From Rhina ancylostomus (lineage: Eukaryota), in the NCBI GenBank assembly GCA_030265395.1, contig JARFYF010000001.1:41323448-41387447 (forward strand): DNA of 64,000 nucleotides, read 5' to 3'. The position numbers and the translations under genes are program-made. The notes beneath the pieces are model-generated. The model did not search any database and was not told the origin of the DNA. It worked only from the letters and a program-made list of their open reading frames with translations. Below are positions 1-11,800 of the stretch, one piece after another (positions within the stretch are counted from its first letter, which is position 1; every line of letters starts with the position of its first letter).

Positions 1-650
1 CCCTCAAGGTTGCCACACAGGTTGATAGGGTTGCTAAGAAGGAGAATGGTGTGTTGGCCTTCAATAGTTGGGGTATTGAGTTCAAGAGCCTCGAGGTAAT
101 GTTGCAGGTCTATAGAACTCTGGTTAGACCACACTTGGAGTATAGTGTTCAGTTCTGGTCACCTCATTATAGGAAGGATGTGGAAGCTTTAGCAAGGGTG
201 CAGAGGAGATTTACCAGGATGCTGTCTGGATTGGAGAGCATGTCTTATGAGGAAAGGTTGAATGAGTTGGGGCTCTTCTCTTTGGAGAGGAGGAGGATGA
301 GAGGTAACTTGATAGAGGTCTACAAGATGATAAGCAGCATGGATCGAGTGGACGGTCAGAGACTTTTTCCCAGGGTGAAAATGGCTAACACGAGGGGACA
401 TAATTTTAAGGTGATTGAAGGAAGATATAAGGGGGATGTCAGAGGTAGGTGTTTCACACAGAGAGGTGGGTGCATGGAACGCACTGCCGTCAGAGGTTGT
501 GGGGGCAGATACATTGGGGACATTTAAGAGACTCTTAGATAACCACATGAATGATAGAGAAATGGGAGGGAAGGGTTAGACAGATATTAGAGTGGGATAA
601 AATGTCAGCACAACAATGTGGGCTGAAGTGTTCTATGTTGTATATTCTCT
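1..650 (+). mobile_element. CR1-clade (HER1-like) LINE, 3' end of ORF2 plus 3' tail
   Basis: ORF 51-527 reads YRTLVRPHLEYSVQFWSPHYRKDVEALARVQRRFTRML...LGLFSLERRRMRG, the hallmark CR1 ORF2 C-terminus. Confidence 0.9.
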
Positions 651-654
651 GATT

Positions 655-2035
655 CTCTTATTCTTCTAAACTCCAATGAGTACAGGTCCAAAGTGCTCAA
701 CCTCTCCATATACATCAACCCCCTCATCGCAGGAGTTAACCTAACCTCTTCTGCAATGTCTCCAGTACAAGTATATTCTTCCATAAATATGACAATCAAA
801 ACTGTACACAATCCTGCTTGTGCAGTCTCACCAGCACCCTCTAAAGTTGCTTCTAAACTTCTCTATTCTATTGTCTTATTTAATTCCCTATCTTAAGTCA
901 CTTAATCTCTATATTTCCCTTACAGGACCTCTGTGGTCTCCTCACAACTTGCAATAAAAATCTATATTCTATTAACCTTCCTAGTTACTTACTGCATCAG
1001 TATGCTAATGTTTTATGTTTCTCATTTTCCCTTATGATTACAGAAGGCAGCTATTTGGCCCACTGAATCTACATCAGCTCTCACAGCAATCTCTTTATTC
1101 CCATTCCTCCACTTGTTTCCCTGTAACCCACTCTCTCACACATGCACCAACTCTCCCCATTTCTCCTGCCACAATCCTATGCTAGGGTAGCTTGAAAGCA
1201 GCCAATTAACCTACCAACCAGCACATCTTTGCAAAGTGGGAGGAAACTAGAGTACACAGTAGAAACTCACATGGTCACAGGGAGAATGTACAAACTCCAT
1301 ATACACACACACTAGAGATCAGGATCAAACCTGGGTTGTTAGAACTGTACTGCCCTATGGCAGGACCCCCAGATTGTACATTTTAGTTGCGCTCTATTAA
1401 ATAATAATTTGCTTTTCATTCTTCCTTCCCAAGTGGACACCTCACATTTTCCCACATTATACTCCATTTGCCAGCATCTTGCCTGCTCACTTAATCTTTA
1501 TATTTCCCTTGCAGGCTCTCTGTGGTCTCCTCACAACTTGCAAACCCAACTGTTTTTATGTAATCAATAAATTTGACAGAACACTTGGTTCCTTTTATAA
1601 AGTCATCAATCCAGAATTGTAAATAGTTAAGGTCTCTGCATTGATCCCTGTGTATCCCACAAGTTACTGATTGCCAATCCAAATATGAACCATCTACCCT
1701 CACCATCTTTTGTTACTTAACCAATCCCTTATTTATACTAATACATCACCTTGAACCTCACTTATCTCGTGCTGTGTCTATTTTGTGTCATCTTACGAAA
1801 TGCCTTGTAAAACCCCATTCAAAATGCACTGTGTTCCCTTTTATATAGACTTTTTTATTAAATCTTCAAAGAAATCTAACAAATTTCATAATGCTATGTG
1901 TCCTACTATTACCTCTTTAATAATGTACTCCAGTACTTTCCCCACTGATAGACGTAAGGCTAATTGTCCTGCAGTTCCCCACTTTGTCTCCCTCCTGTCT
2001 TGAATATTTGCAGTTTCCAATCCTCTGGGATCCCT
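655..2035 (-). mobile_element. Degraded CR1 LINE fragments interrupted by a SINE
   Basis: Minus-strand remnants resemble CR1 RT (LDLYSLEFRR; VRVDGSYLDWQSVTCG), with many stops and frameshifts. Confidence 0.7.
1040..1350 (-). mobile_element. V-SINE (HE1-like tRNA-derived SINE)
   Basis: gtgggaggaaactagagtac...gaaactcacatggtcacagggagaatgtacaaactcc is the reverse complement of the V-domain. Confidence 0.75.
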
Positions 2036-2059
2036 CCAGACAAGGATAACAAGGATGAT

Positions 2060-3260
2060 TGATTGAGGCTGTTAATTTGATGTAGTCATATGGATTTAGG
2101 CAAAGCTTTTGACAGGCTGGTCAAAAAAAGCAAGAGTGCACTATATCCAAGGGAGAGTAGAAAATTGGATCCTCAATTAGCTCGGTGGTTAGAACCCAAT
2201 GGTAATGACTGACAGGTGTTTGTGCTAAGAATGTTATTACCATGTGGGCTCCACAAAGCTCAGTATTCAATCCCTTGCTTTTAGTAACATTTATCAATGA
2301 CTTAGCATTAAATGTAATGGGCATGATAAAGTCAGTAGATAGAACAAAAGGTGGACATGTGGATCATAGGGAGGAAAGCGTTCAACAGCAGGTAGTAGTA
2401 GTGTTGGTCAGTTGGACCAGATGGTTATAAAAAGCAAACGAAATGCTTTCCTTTATTAGCTGAGGCAAAGAATGTAAAAGCAGGGGAAGTAAAAATTGTT
2501 TGTTGGACTTTATTGCAACCTTATAAAACACTGGTTTGGTCACACTTGGACTTTGATTGCCACATATAGGAAAGATGTGGTTGCACCGGCCAGAGTATAG
2601 AGGTGACTCACCAGGATGTTGCCTGGATTGGATGACTTCAGTTATGGGATAGATTGGACAATCTGTATTTGCTTTCCCTGGAGCAAAGGAGGCCAAGGGG
2701 TGACATGATGGAAGCAAATCGGATTATGAGAAGCACAGATAGGATAGATAGTCAAAATCTTTTTTGAATGGAAGGGGTATCAAAAACAAGAGGATATAGG
2801 TTTAAGGTGAGAAGGAATTTTAAAGGGGATTTGAGGGAACAGTTTTTTTCCATTTTTACACAGAGAGTGGTTGATATCTAGAAANNNNNNNNNNNNNNNN
2901 NNNNNNNNNNNNNNNAATCTTTAGAGAGATATTTAGATAGGCATTTAAAAAGGCAAGGCATAAAAGGATATGGATCCAGTGCAGGAAAATGGGAGAAGTG
3001 TAGAAGGGCAGAAAGATCATCATGGACATGGTGGAACAAAAGCCCTGTTTCTCGGCTGTACAACTCTATGATTCTATTATTTTGTGCAGTTTTGATCACT
3101 GCATTACAGGTAAGATGTGTTTTCACTGGAGAGGGTGTGAAGGAGACCTACAAGGATACCAGGATTGTAAGGTTTTAACCATGAAAAAGGAATGGATAGG
3201 TTAGAGTCATTTTCTTTGAAACAAGAGAAACTTAATTGAGGGGTAGAAATATACGAGGAG
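2060..3260 (+). mobile_element. Degraded CR1 LINE RT fragment and tail
   Basis: gatgtagtcatatggattt...aaagcttttgac (MDFxKAFD) and PQSSVFNPLLLVTFINDL, followed by a typical 3' tail. Confidence 0.8.
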
Positions 3261-3369
3261 CCCAAGAGTACAACCAACAACATTTCTCTCAGCTGAGGGG
3301 CTATAAGAACAAAAAAAAAGGAGCAAGAACAGATCATCCAGTCCTTCCAGCGTGATTTTGCAATCATGA

Positions 3370-4130
3370 AGATCATAGCTGGTTTACTAACTCAATGCCA
3401 TTTTTGTGAAATGTCCACATAACCTTTGATTCTTTTAATGTCTAGAAATTAATCATTCTTTGCTTTAAGCTACCTTAATGACTGACTCTCAACAATTATC
3501 TATGGTAGAGAATTCATAAGATTCACCACCCTCTGACTGAAAAAAAAACTCATCTCAGTCCTAATCAGCCTATACCTCATTGAGACTCTGATCCCCAGTT
3601 CCAAACTCTTTGGCTAGGGGAAGTATCTGCCCTGTTGAGCCTTGTAAGTGTTTTGTGTATTTCAGCGTAATCTCTCTCAATTTTCTGAACTCTGGAAAAT
3701 GCAGGTTTAGTCTACTCACAAGTCAGATCTGCCTTCCCTGGAACCAGTCTATTTTATCTTCGCTGCATTTCCTCTATGGCAAGCAGATTCTTTCTTAGGT
3801 AAGACCAAAACTAAATACAATACTCCACGCACAGTCCAAGGGCCTCTACAACTGCAGTAACACTTCCCTACTCCTGTAGTCAAATCCTCTCGTCATAAAT
3901 GCTAATGTAATGTTTGGCTTGCTAATTGTCTCCTGCACCTGCATAAACATCTGGGCCCCTTTGAACATCAACACCACCCAATCTCTCACCATTTAACAAA
4001 TACTCTGCTGCTCTCTTCAGTGGAAAGTGCAACACCTCACGTCGTTCTAAATTATATTCCACTCAATGGCACAGCTTGTCCATATCCTCTGAAGCCACTT
4101 TACATTCTATTCCTTACTCATAATTTCACT
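3370..4130 (-). mobile_element. Degraded CR1 LINE 3' fragment
   Basis: Reverse-complement CR1 tail motifs, e.g. agattcaccaccctctgactgaaaaaa and tacaatactcca. Confidence 0.65.
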
Positions 4131-4284
4131 TAAGTAAAATCCAGGATGCATAAATTTTAAACAATTGATAGAAGGATTAATATAGAAAGCAAGAAAAGTT
4201 CATTCACTCAGAAACTCAATGTCTTGAGAGGATGGCAGAAGCACAAACCATTGACAAGTTTTTTAAAAAGTGCCTGGACGTGCC

Positions 4285-4530
4285 CTCTTCACATTACCAC
4301 CATCGGGGAGAAGGTACAGGAGCCTGAAGAACCCACACTCAACATTTCAGGAACAGCTTCTTCCCCTCCGCCATCAGATTTCTGAACAGTCCATGAACAC
4401 TACCTTGTACTATTATTTATTTTTGTAACTTAGAGTAATTTTTATGTCCTTGTCTTGCACTGACTGTAATACTGCCACAAAACAATAGATTTCACAACAT
4501 ATGTCACTGATAATAAACCTGATTCTGAAT
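4285..4530 (+). mobile_element. Rex1/Babar-like LINE 3' end
   Basis: ccatcggggagaaggtacaggagcctgaag...aacagcttcttcccc (LPSGRRYRSL...NSFFP) and a tail ending aataaacctgattctga. The same family occurs at 30940, 42535 and 51600. Confidence 0.75.
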
Positions 4531-5209
4531 ACTTACTTGAAGAGCCATAACCTGCAAGGTCACAGGTCTGGACAGTTGAATATGGTTGGGTATTTCTTTT
4601 ACAACCAGCCCAGATGTGATAGACTGAACAGACTCCTGTGATGTTACTCTTCTATGATTCCATTGTCAATCCAAGCAACGACAACTTGAGTCAGTGGAAT
4701 CACGACCAGCACACACTTACCCAATCCTCACATGGGCAACACTCTACACTGTTTGGAAAAGACCATGCTCAGAGCCCTCAAGGCAGCAATTGAGAGTGGT
4801 TCCAGCACTGACCACTGCTGGTTGACAATTGGGGAGTGTTTGACTGGATCAACGGGACATCCGAGTCCATGGGCTAAATCCCAAACAGCCGAGGTCGAGG
4901 TTCAGGTACCTCCACCAGCCTTAGTTCTTTCTCTTAGATAAATCTCAAACTGTCTGTGGTACTCCCTATCCCAAGTCTACCCAGCCTCTTCCACTAACTC
5001 TGGTGAAATCCTCCTGGAGTTCAAGAGTGGGTGCGGCCTGGGCACCCACAGTTGGGAAGGTCATGCATTGCACAGCCCTGCTGTTCTAGATGAACGGGCC
5101 AGAGGGTACACCAGTAGAAACAGGGCTGTGCTCTGATGGATATTCATCAAATTTGGGCAACTCACCATTCATCTACCTTAGTGACTGACCAACCCTCAAA
5201 CGCAATGAC

Positions 5210-7160
5210 TGTGTTTGACAAGGTCCCACATGGTAGGGTCATTCAGAAGAGTAAGATGCATAGGATCCACGGTGACTAGGCCATTTGGATTCAGAATTGG
5301 CTTGCCCATAGAAGACAGAGGGTAGTGGTTGATAAGACTTACTCTGGCTGGAGGTCCATGACTAGTGGTGTTCTGCAGGGATCTGTACTGGGACCTCTGC
5401 TGTTTGTGGTGTGTGCGCGCACGAGTGAGTGCACATATATATACATACCTGGATGAAAAGTGGATNNNNNNNNNNNNNNNNNNNNNNNNNNNNNNNNNNN
5501 NNNNNNNNNNNNNNNNNNNNNNNNNNNNNNNNNNNNNNNNNNNNNNNNNNNNNNNNNNNNNNNNNNNNNNNNNNNNNNNNNNNNNNNNNNNNNNNNNNNN
5601 NNNNNNNNNNNNNNNNNNNNNNNNNNNNNNNNNNNNNNNNNNNNNNNNNNNNNNNNNNNNNNNNNNNNNNNNNNNNNNNNNNNNNNNNNNNNNNNNNNNN
5701 NNNNNNNNNNNNNNNNNNNNNNNNNNNNNNNNNNNNNNNNNNNNNNNNNNNNNNNNNNNNNNNNNNNNNNNNNNNNNNNNNNNNNNNNNNNNNNNNNNNN
5801 NNNNNNNNNNNNNNNNNNNNNNNNNNNNNNNNNNNNNNNNNNNNNNNNNNNNNNNNNNNNNNNNNNNNNNNNNNNNNNNNNNNNNNNNNNNNNNNNNNNN
5901 NNNNNNNNNNNNNNNNNNNNNNNNNNNNNNNNNNNNNNNNNNNNNNNNNNNNNNNNNNNNNNNNNNNNNNNNNNNNNNNNNNNNNNNNNNNNNNNNNNNN
6001 NNNNNNNNNNNNNNNNNNNNNNNNNNNNNNNNNNNNNNNNNNNNNNNNNNNNNNNNNNNNNNNNNNNNNNNNNNNNNNNNNNNNNNNNNNNNNNNNNNNN
6101 NNNNNNNNNNNNNNNNNNNNNNNNNNNNNNNNNNNNNNNNNNNNNNNNNNNNNNNNNNNNNNNNNNNNNNNNNNNNNNNNNNNNNNNNNNNNNNNNNNNN
6201 NNNNNNNNNNNNNNNACCTGGATGAAAAGTGGATGGGTGGGTTAATAAGTTCACAGACAATAATGAAGATTGGTTCTGTTGTGGATAGTGTAGAAGATTG
6301 TCAAAGGTTACAGCTGGACATAGATCAGTTGCAGATATGGGTGGAGAAATGGCAGATGACATTTAATCCAGCCAAGTGTGAGGTGTTGCACTTTGGGAGA
6401 GCAATTGTAAATGGTCAGTACACTGTTAATGGCAGGACCCTTAAGTGTTGATGTACAGTGGGATCTTGGGGTCCAAGTCCATAGCTCCCTCAAAGTGGAT
6501 AGGGTGGTAAAGATGATGTATGGCATGCTTGTCTTTATTAGTTGAGGCACTGGGTTCAAGAGACGGGAAGTTACGTTTCAAAGTCTGGTTAAGCCACATC
6601 TGGAGTATTGCATTCAATTTTGGTGCCCCGTTATAGGAAGGATGCGGAGGCTTTGGGGAGAGTGCAGAAGAGGTTTAGCAGGATGCTGCCTGGATTAGAA
6701 GGGATGTGCTAATAAGAAGAGGTTGGACAAACTTGGGTTGTTTTCTCTGGAGCAGCAGAGGCTTAGGAGAGACCTGACAGAAGCTTAAGATGATGAGGGG
6801 CATAGATAGAGTAGGCAGCCGGTAATTTTCCCTCAGGGCCTAAATGTCTAATACTAAAGGGCATGCATATGAGATGGGATGGGGTGGGGATGAAATATTC
6901 AAAGGAGATGTGTGGGGCAAGTTTTACTTTACACAGAGAGTGGTGGGAGCCTGGAATGTACTGCCAGGGGCGGTGGTGGAGGCAGATACAATCGAGGTGT
7001 TTAAGAGGCTCTTAGACACATGAATGTGCAGAGAATGCAGGAATATGGACATTATGTGGGCAGAAAGGATTAGTTTAGTTAGGCACTTAATTACTGGTTT
7101 AATTAGTTCGACACAACATCGTGGGCTGAAGGACCTGATCTTGTGCTGTGCTGCTCGACG
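5210..7160 (+). mobile_element. CR1 LINE ORF2 RT fragment spanning an assembly gap
   Basis: FDKVPH...GVLQGSVLG, then LQLDIDQLQIWVEKWQMTFNPAKCEVLHFG and a CR1 3' tail. Confidence 0.9.
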
Positions 7161-7349
7161 TTCTGTCAGAACACCCAGTTCTACCGAACAGATGGTGACA
7201 GAGAGGAATGGGTGTTAGGGAACGTCTTCACAGTGATGAAGGTCAGCTTTTTCTTCTGTTGCTTAGACAGTAATTTGTGAAGAGGGCACGTTAATGTATT
7301 TCGATACTTTGCACAGAACCTTCATGTATTTTCTTCTATAAGTAATGCA

Positions 7350-7790
7350 AATGTTTCAAAATCATCAACGTTACGCGAAATGTCTAAAATATGTTCCTTC
7401 GCCGCCTTCTCTTCACAACAGCGATGAAGTTTACTTGTTAATACTTCTAATACTCCGCACTTCCCGCAGAGTTCTGGGCCCGGAGAATTCAATGCAAAAT
7501 AAAGTCCTCCTAACTTACCAGCTCCACAGTTAACCAGCCCGCGTAGTCGGATCAAGTCGCTAACAACGCTACCAACTGCTTCACGTTCGCTCGGCCAATG
7601 AGAACACACCATATTTTTGGCGCTCGGCCAATGAGAAGGCAGATACCCCGCCAACAAGAGTCCAAGATTGGCTCGGCCAAATTCAATGGTGTTTGCTGTG
7701 ACGCGTTGACTTAGTCCGACGAGAAGAGAGAGAGGTTTTACCGTTCAAAGTGCATTTCACCACACTTATCACTAGTTTCCGCCTGCACAA
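7350..7790. promoter_or_regulatory. CpG-rich promoter-like region with NF-Y, E2F-like and CHR-like sites
   Basis: Local CpG enrichment. CCAAT at 7595 and 7628 lies inside an exact 17-bp repeat, cgctcggccaatgagaa, and ATTGG is at 7667. E2F-like TTTGGCGC (~7616), TTCCCGC (7461) and CGCGAAA (~7374); TTCAAA (~7744). Minus-strand donor CTG|GTAAGT at 7519/7518. Confidence 0.65.
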
Positions 7791-8629
7791 TTAAACCATG
7801 TCCAGCACAGTACGAATTAAATAGAAACGTATTTGCAAAATTATCAGCATTAACTCAAAGTGATGAATTCAGAGCTGCGAGAAGGATGGGAAGATTGAAA
7901 GACAGTAAATTCTGCAAAGAATTTGTAGAGAATTCTGCAAATAATTTACTTAAGCTTAAAAGATCTGAGGAAGGTGTTGTGAAGTGAGGATAACCAAAAG
8001 AGCCAAGTTGAGAATGCAGTAATGTATTTTTGTTGCATTTACCAGTAGTTCACATGTTGCAGTACCGTACCTCCAGATTTGTGAAGGGACCCCTGGTAGC
8101 CGAGCGCAAGGTATCAAGTTTGCTGATGGCATGAAAATTGGTGGGAGAGCATGCTGCAATGAAGGTACCTGGGAATCCATAACAAGGTACAGAGTTGGCC
8201 AATACTTGGTAAGTGGAGGTTCATAGAGACATAGACTCATACAGCATGGGAGCAGGTCCTTCAGTTCTTTAAACTGATTTTTTCCTTGTAGCACAGCCTT
8301 TTCCGACGGCCAGGTTTGCTTGACTGAAGTACTTGGTTCTTCCCCCCAACATGGAATCGATCAACACAATTGAACCCAGTTCACATGTTGGCCTGAGTTT
8401 CAAAGTGTCTCTTACATACTCTCCTCTTCACCTGAACAAAATCATTCTTAATGACTCAATTTCTCCTGCACAAACTTGAAAAATATATATCATAAATATG
8501 ATTGCTGCATCTTTTGGTTCCCCGGAGTGTCCCCCATACTATACATTACAGGAAATCAGTATAATTAACTGATATAGCTAATTAGAAAAGTGCAGACTTC
8601 ATCTTTTTAATGTGCTTCTGCTACAGCAA

Positions 8630-8880
8630 AAGTAAAATCAACTTGTATTTCCACAGTCTCATGTGAAATCAGGACATAGCAAAGTTGAATAATGTAGTCA
8701 TTGCTGTAATGTAGAAAATGCACCAGTTTGCATATCACAAGATCCCACAGATAGAAATAATCTATTGAACAGTTAAATTAGTGTTTTTAGTAATGATCCT
8801 GGTTTAATATCTCATCTAAATTTCAGCACTTAACTACTGTACACTATTCACATTGCACTCAATAATCAGCCCCATTGCTC
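8630..8880 (-). mobile_element. Deu-domain SINE remnant (SacSINE/AmnSINE-like)
   Basis: ggtttaatatctcatctaaa...cagcac and gtagtcattgctgtaatgtag resemble the reverse complement of the Deu core and tail. Confidence 0.5.
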
Positions 8881-11800
8881 CATTCACATTTATCTCTCAG
8901 TTTAATGGCAGAACAATCTTTACCTAAATTTTTTTTTTCTGCAAACTTGATGTGGTTTCCAAAGCTGAAGCAGCTCTGTTACAAGCATGCACAGAAAATG
9001 AAAAACCATTATTCTCACGTGCCAAATTATTTGATAATTGCTTAAATACATAAAATGGTACGTTTTTATGGAATGTGACAAGAAATCAGAGCAACATATT
9101 TTTAGTATAACCGCCACTAAAACAGGAACTTAGGTATTTCAAAAACAACTGACACCTTAAGTCCTGCAGATCTCATTTTTCTGCTGCTAATGCAAGACCA
9201 CAGTTGATGTTACAATTTCTATTACTTCTTCACATCAACCTGCTTAATTTATTATGACACAGGTCAGTAACCAAATGCAGTAAGTAATCTGAACAGAAAG
9301 CACTGCACATTTTGGCAGTTAAGATTTATGACCAACGTTTCAAGCTTTGGACATTATGGTGCAATATATGAACACTCATTCTAATGATAAAGCAAAATGA
9401 CAGAATATTGATACTCTTGGAAAGCTCAGAATTTTCCTGAGAATCAGAAAGGTTGTGAACCCAAAACTAAATTTGTTTCTCTCACTACACAGGTGCTGCC
9501 TGACTGACTGAGTATTTCCAGCATTTTTCTTTTAATTTTGGATTTCCAGTGTCTGCAATGTTTCACCTTTGTTTCACAAAACGTTTGTTGGGGGGAGGGC
9601 AGGGCTGATTTGAAAGTACAACAACTTCACAAGTATCCCTCCAATCTATTCCTAATATGGATTCCAATATTATACAATATTATTAATTCAAGATTGATTG
9701 TCATGGTTCTGAGTTCTGGTCCTCAATTTGGCTCCATTAATGCCTTGTTGTCCAGCACATGGATTCCATGNNNNNNNNNNNNNNNNNNNNNNNNNNNNNN
9801 NNNNNNNNNNNNNNNNNNNNNNNNNNNNNNNNNNNNNNNNNNNNNNNNNNNNNNNNNNNNNNNNNNNNNNNNNNNNNNNNNNNNNNNNNNNNNNNNNNNN
9901 NNNNNNNNNNNNNNNNNNNNNNNNNNNNNNNNNNNNNNNNNNNNNNNNNNNNNNNNNNNNNNNNNNNNNNNNNNNNNNNNNNNNNNNNNNNNNNNNNNNN
10001 NNNNNNNNNNNNNNNNNNNNNNNNNNNNNNNNNNNNNNNNNNNNNNNNNNNNNNNNNNNNNNNNNNNNNNNNNNNNNNNNNNNNNNNNNNNNNNNNNNNN
10101 NNNNNNNNNNNNNNNNNNNNNNNNNNNNNNNGTCAACATCAAATTTCCTCTGCACCTTTTCTAGTGCTTTTATATCATTCCTACAGTTTTAGTATGACAT
10201 CCCCGTTCTTTTATTTGATGTCTCTGGCAATGAAGGAAGTATCCCCTCTGACCTATTGCATTTTTTAATAATTGGTACTGTGTTTGATTGCATTCTATCC
10301 CATCTTGTGTGTCCCAGTGAATTTCATGACCAAAACCACTGATCCACTAAGTTTGTCATAACTGAAGTTTCTTTCTCTAGGATGATAATATGCACAGTAA
10401 GGTTATTATCATCACAGAAAATAGACAATAATCCAACAGCTACCTATTAGAAACCATCCATAATTTTGCTTTGCAAAGTCAGAGCAAGTACATTCTTAAC
10501 AGTATTTTAAAAAGTCCTTGATAAAAGCAAAACAAATAGCATTTATATATCTGAATACCTCTATTATCTTATTTCTTTAGATACCTAAAAGCATCAAAAT
10601 CCTCAGCAGTCAAAAGGTCGAGGCCAGCAGCAAGGAGGGTAATACAATAACTGCATCCAAATATTTACTCCATTGCATCCAGTAACCCAGTGTAAGATTC
10701 TGCTTGGAGTCAATCTATGATATCCCAGGTTTTCAAATGTACAATGCACCTACCTGGAGCTTGACACAGTAGTTCAACTAGAGAGAGGACATTTTATCTC
10801 TGCTGTGCCCAGTTAGGCATACAACCTCTCCATTCGCTCCCAAGGATTTTAACATACCACAAATATAGAAGCATTAAGTTATAAGCAGAAAATGGGGGAA
10901 AATGACCTCTTATCTGGAACATATTTAGTTAAATAGTTCAGACAGGATGTGTTTAAAATGTTATGTATGTTTCATTCACTAAATAAATGAATGAAAATTA
11001 TTTAATAGATGGATTCAGTGAAGAGAGAGAGCATAAATTTGACTGAATAACTGGATGAATGGGAAAAGTGGGAGTTTTGTTTTTTGTTGAAAAAGAGGAT
11101 ATCTAACAAATGGAGTGACCTGCCAACAAGTGTGTAATAGAATCCTTCTTAAATTTTCAAGTTAAATATTGTAGCTGTATATTTTAAATTGAAATAGGAC
11201 TATTTTTCCACAGTGCCTGCATAAACTGATATACCAGATACTGCTGTATCTGTTTATGATTCAATTCAAGATTAAATTAAAATTGTTTGAATTCATACTC
11301 AGTGATTGATTTTATACACATTTACAGAAATGTGGAGCAGTAGAGAAGTTATTTTTTCTTAGTAAACTGAGAAGCGCAGAGCCAAATGTGGCATCTTAGT
11401 CTTCGTCTTGCCATAGATAAAATTGAGCAATACATTTGAAGTGTAAAATGTTTCTGGAACAGAAATACCACACATGATTTTGAGCTGTGAAATTTTGAGT
11501 GGCCACAATGCTAAAATATTTACAAATCTACCTTATGAATTATTTCCATTTTAATGATACATGCTTGTTTTTGAGATCTGTTAACTCGAATTGTTGACTC
11601 ATGATCTTTGGTTTAAAGACAGCAGCTGAGCCAGAATATTGAAAAATAATACCCTCAACCCTGTCATCCTCTTTCTTTATTTTTAATTTTATATGTTGTA
11701 GCAGAATTCATGTGCAATGCCATGTCATTTCAGTGAATGCTGAGTATTTGTTTAACAAACATGTAAATTACTTAAAAGAAAATCTTCATATTCTCTAAGT

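Noticed and set aside
5447-6234. Identical acctggatgaaaagtggat on both sides of a gap
   Set aside because: Most likely overlapping contig ends or an allelic difference (assembly artefact). A TSD around an unassembled insertion cannot be shown.
5196-6451. Long ORFs of 260-390 aa (also at ~9.5-10.2, 16.2-16.9 and 23.3-24.0 kb)
   Set aside because: They are open only because they run through N gaps.
7322-7657. 111-aa minus-strand ORF over the promoter-like region
   Set aside because: Non-ATG start, no recognisable homology, and it runs through the CCAAT repeats and past a strong splice donor.
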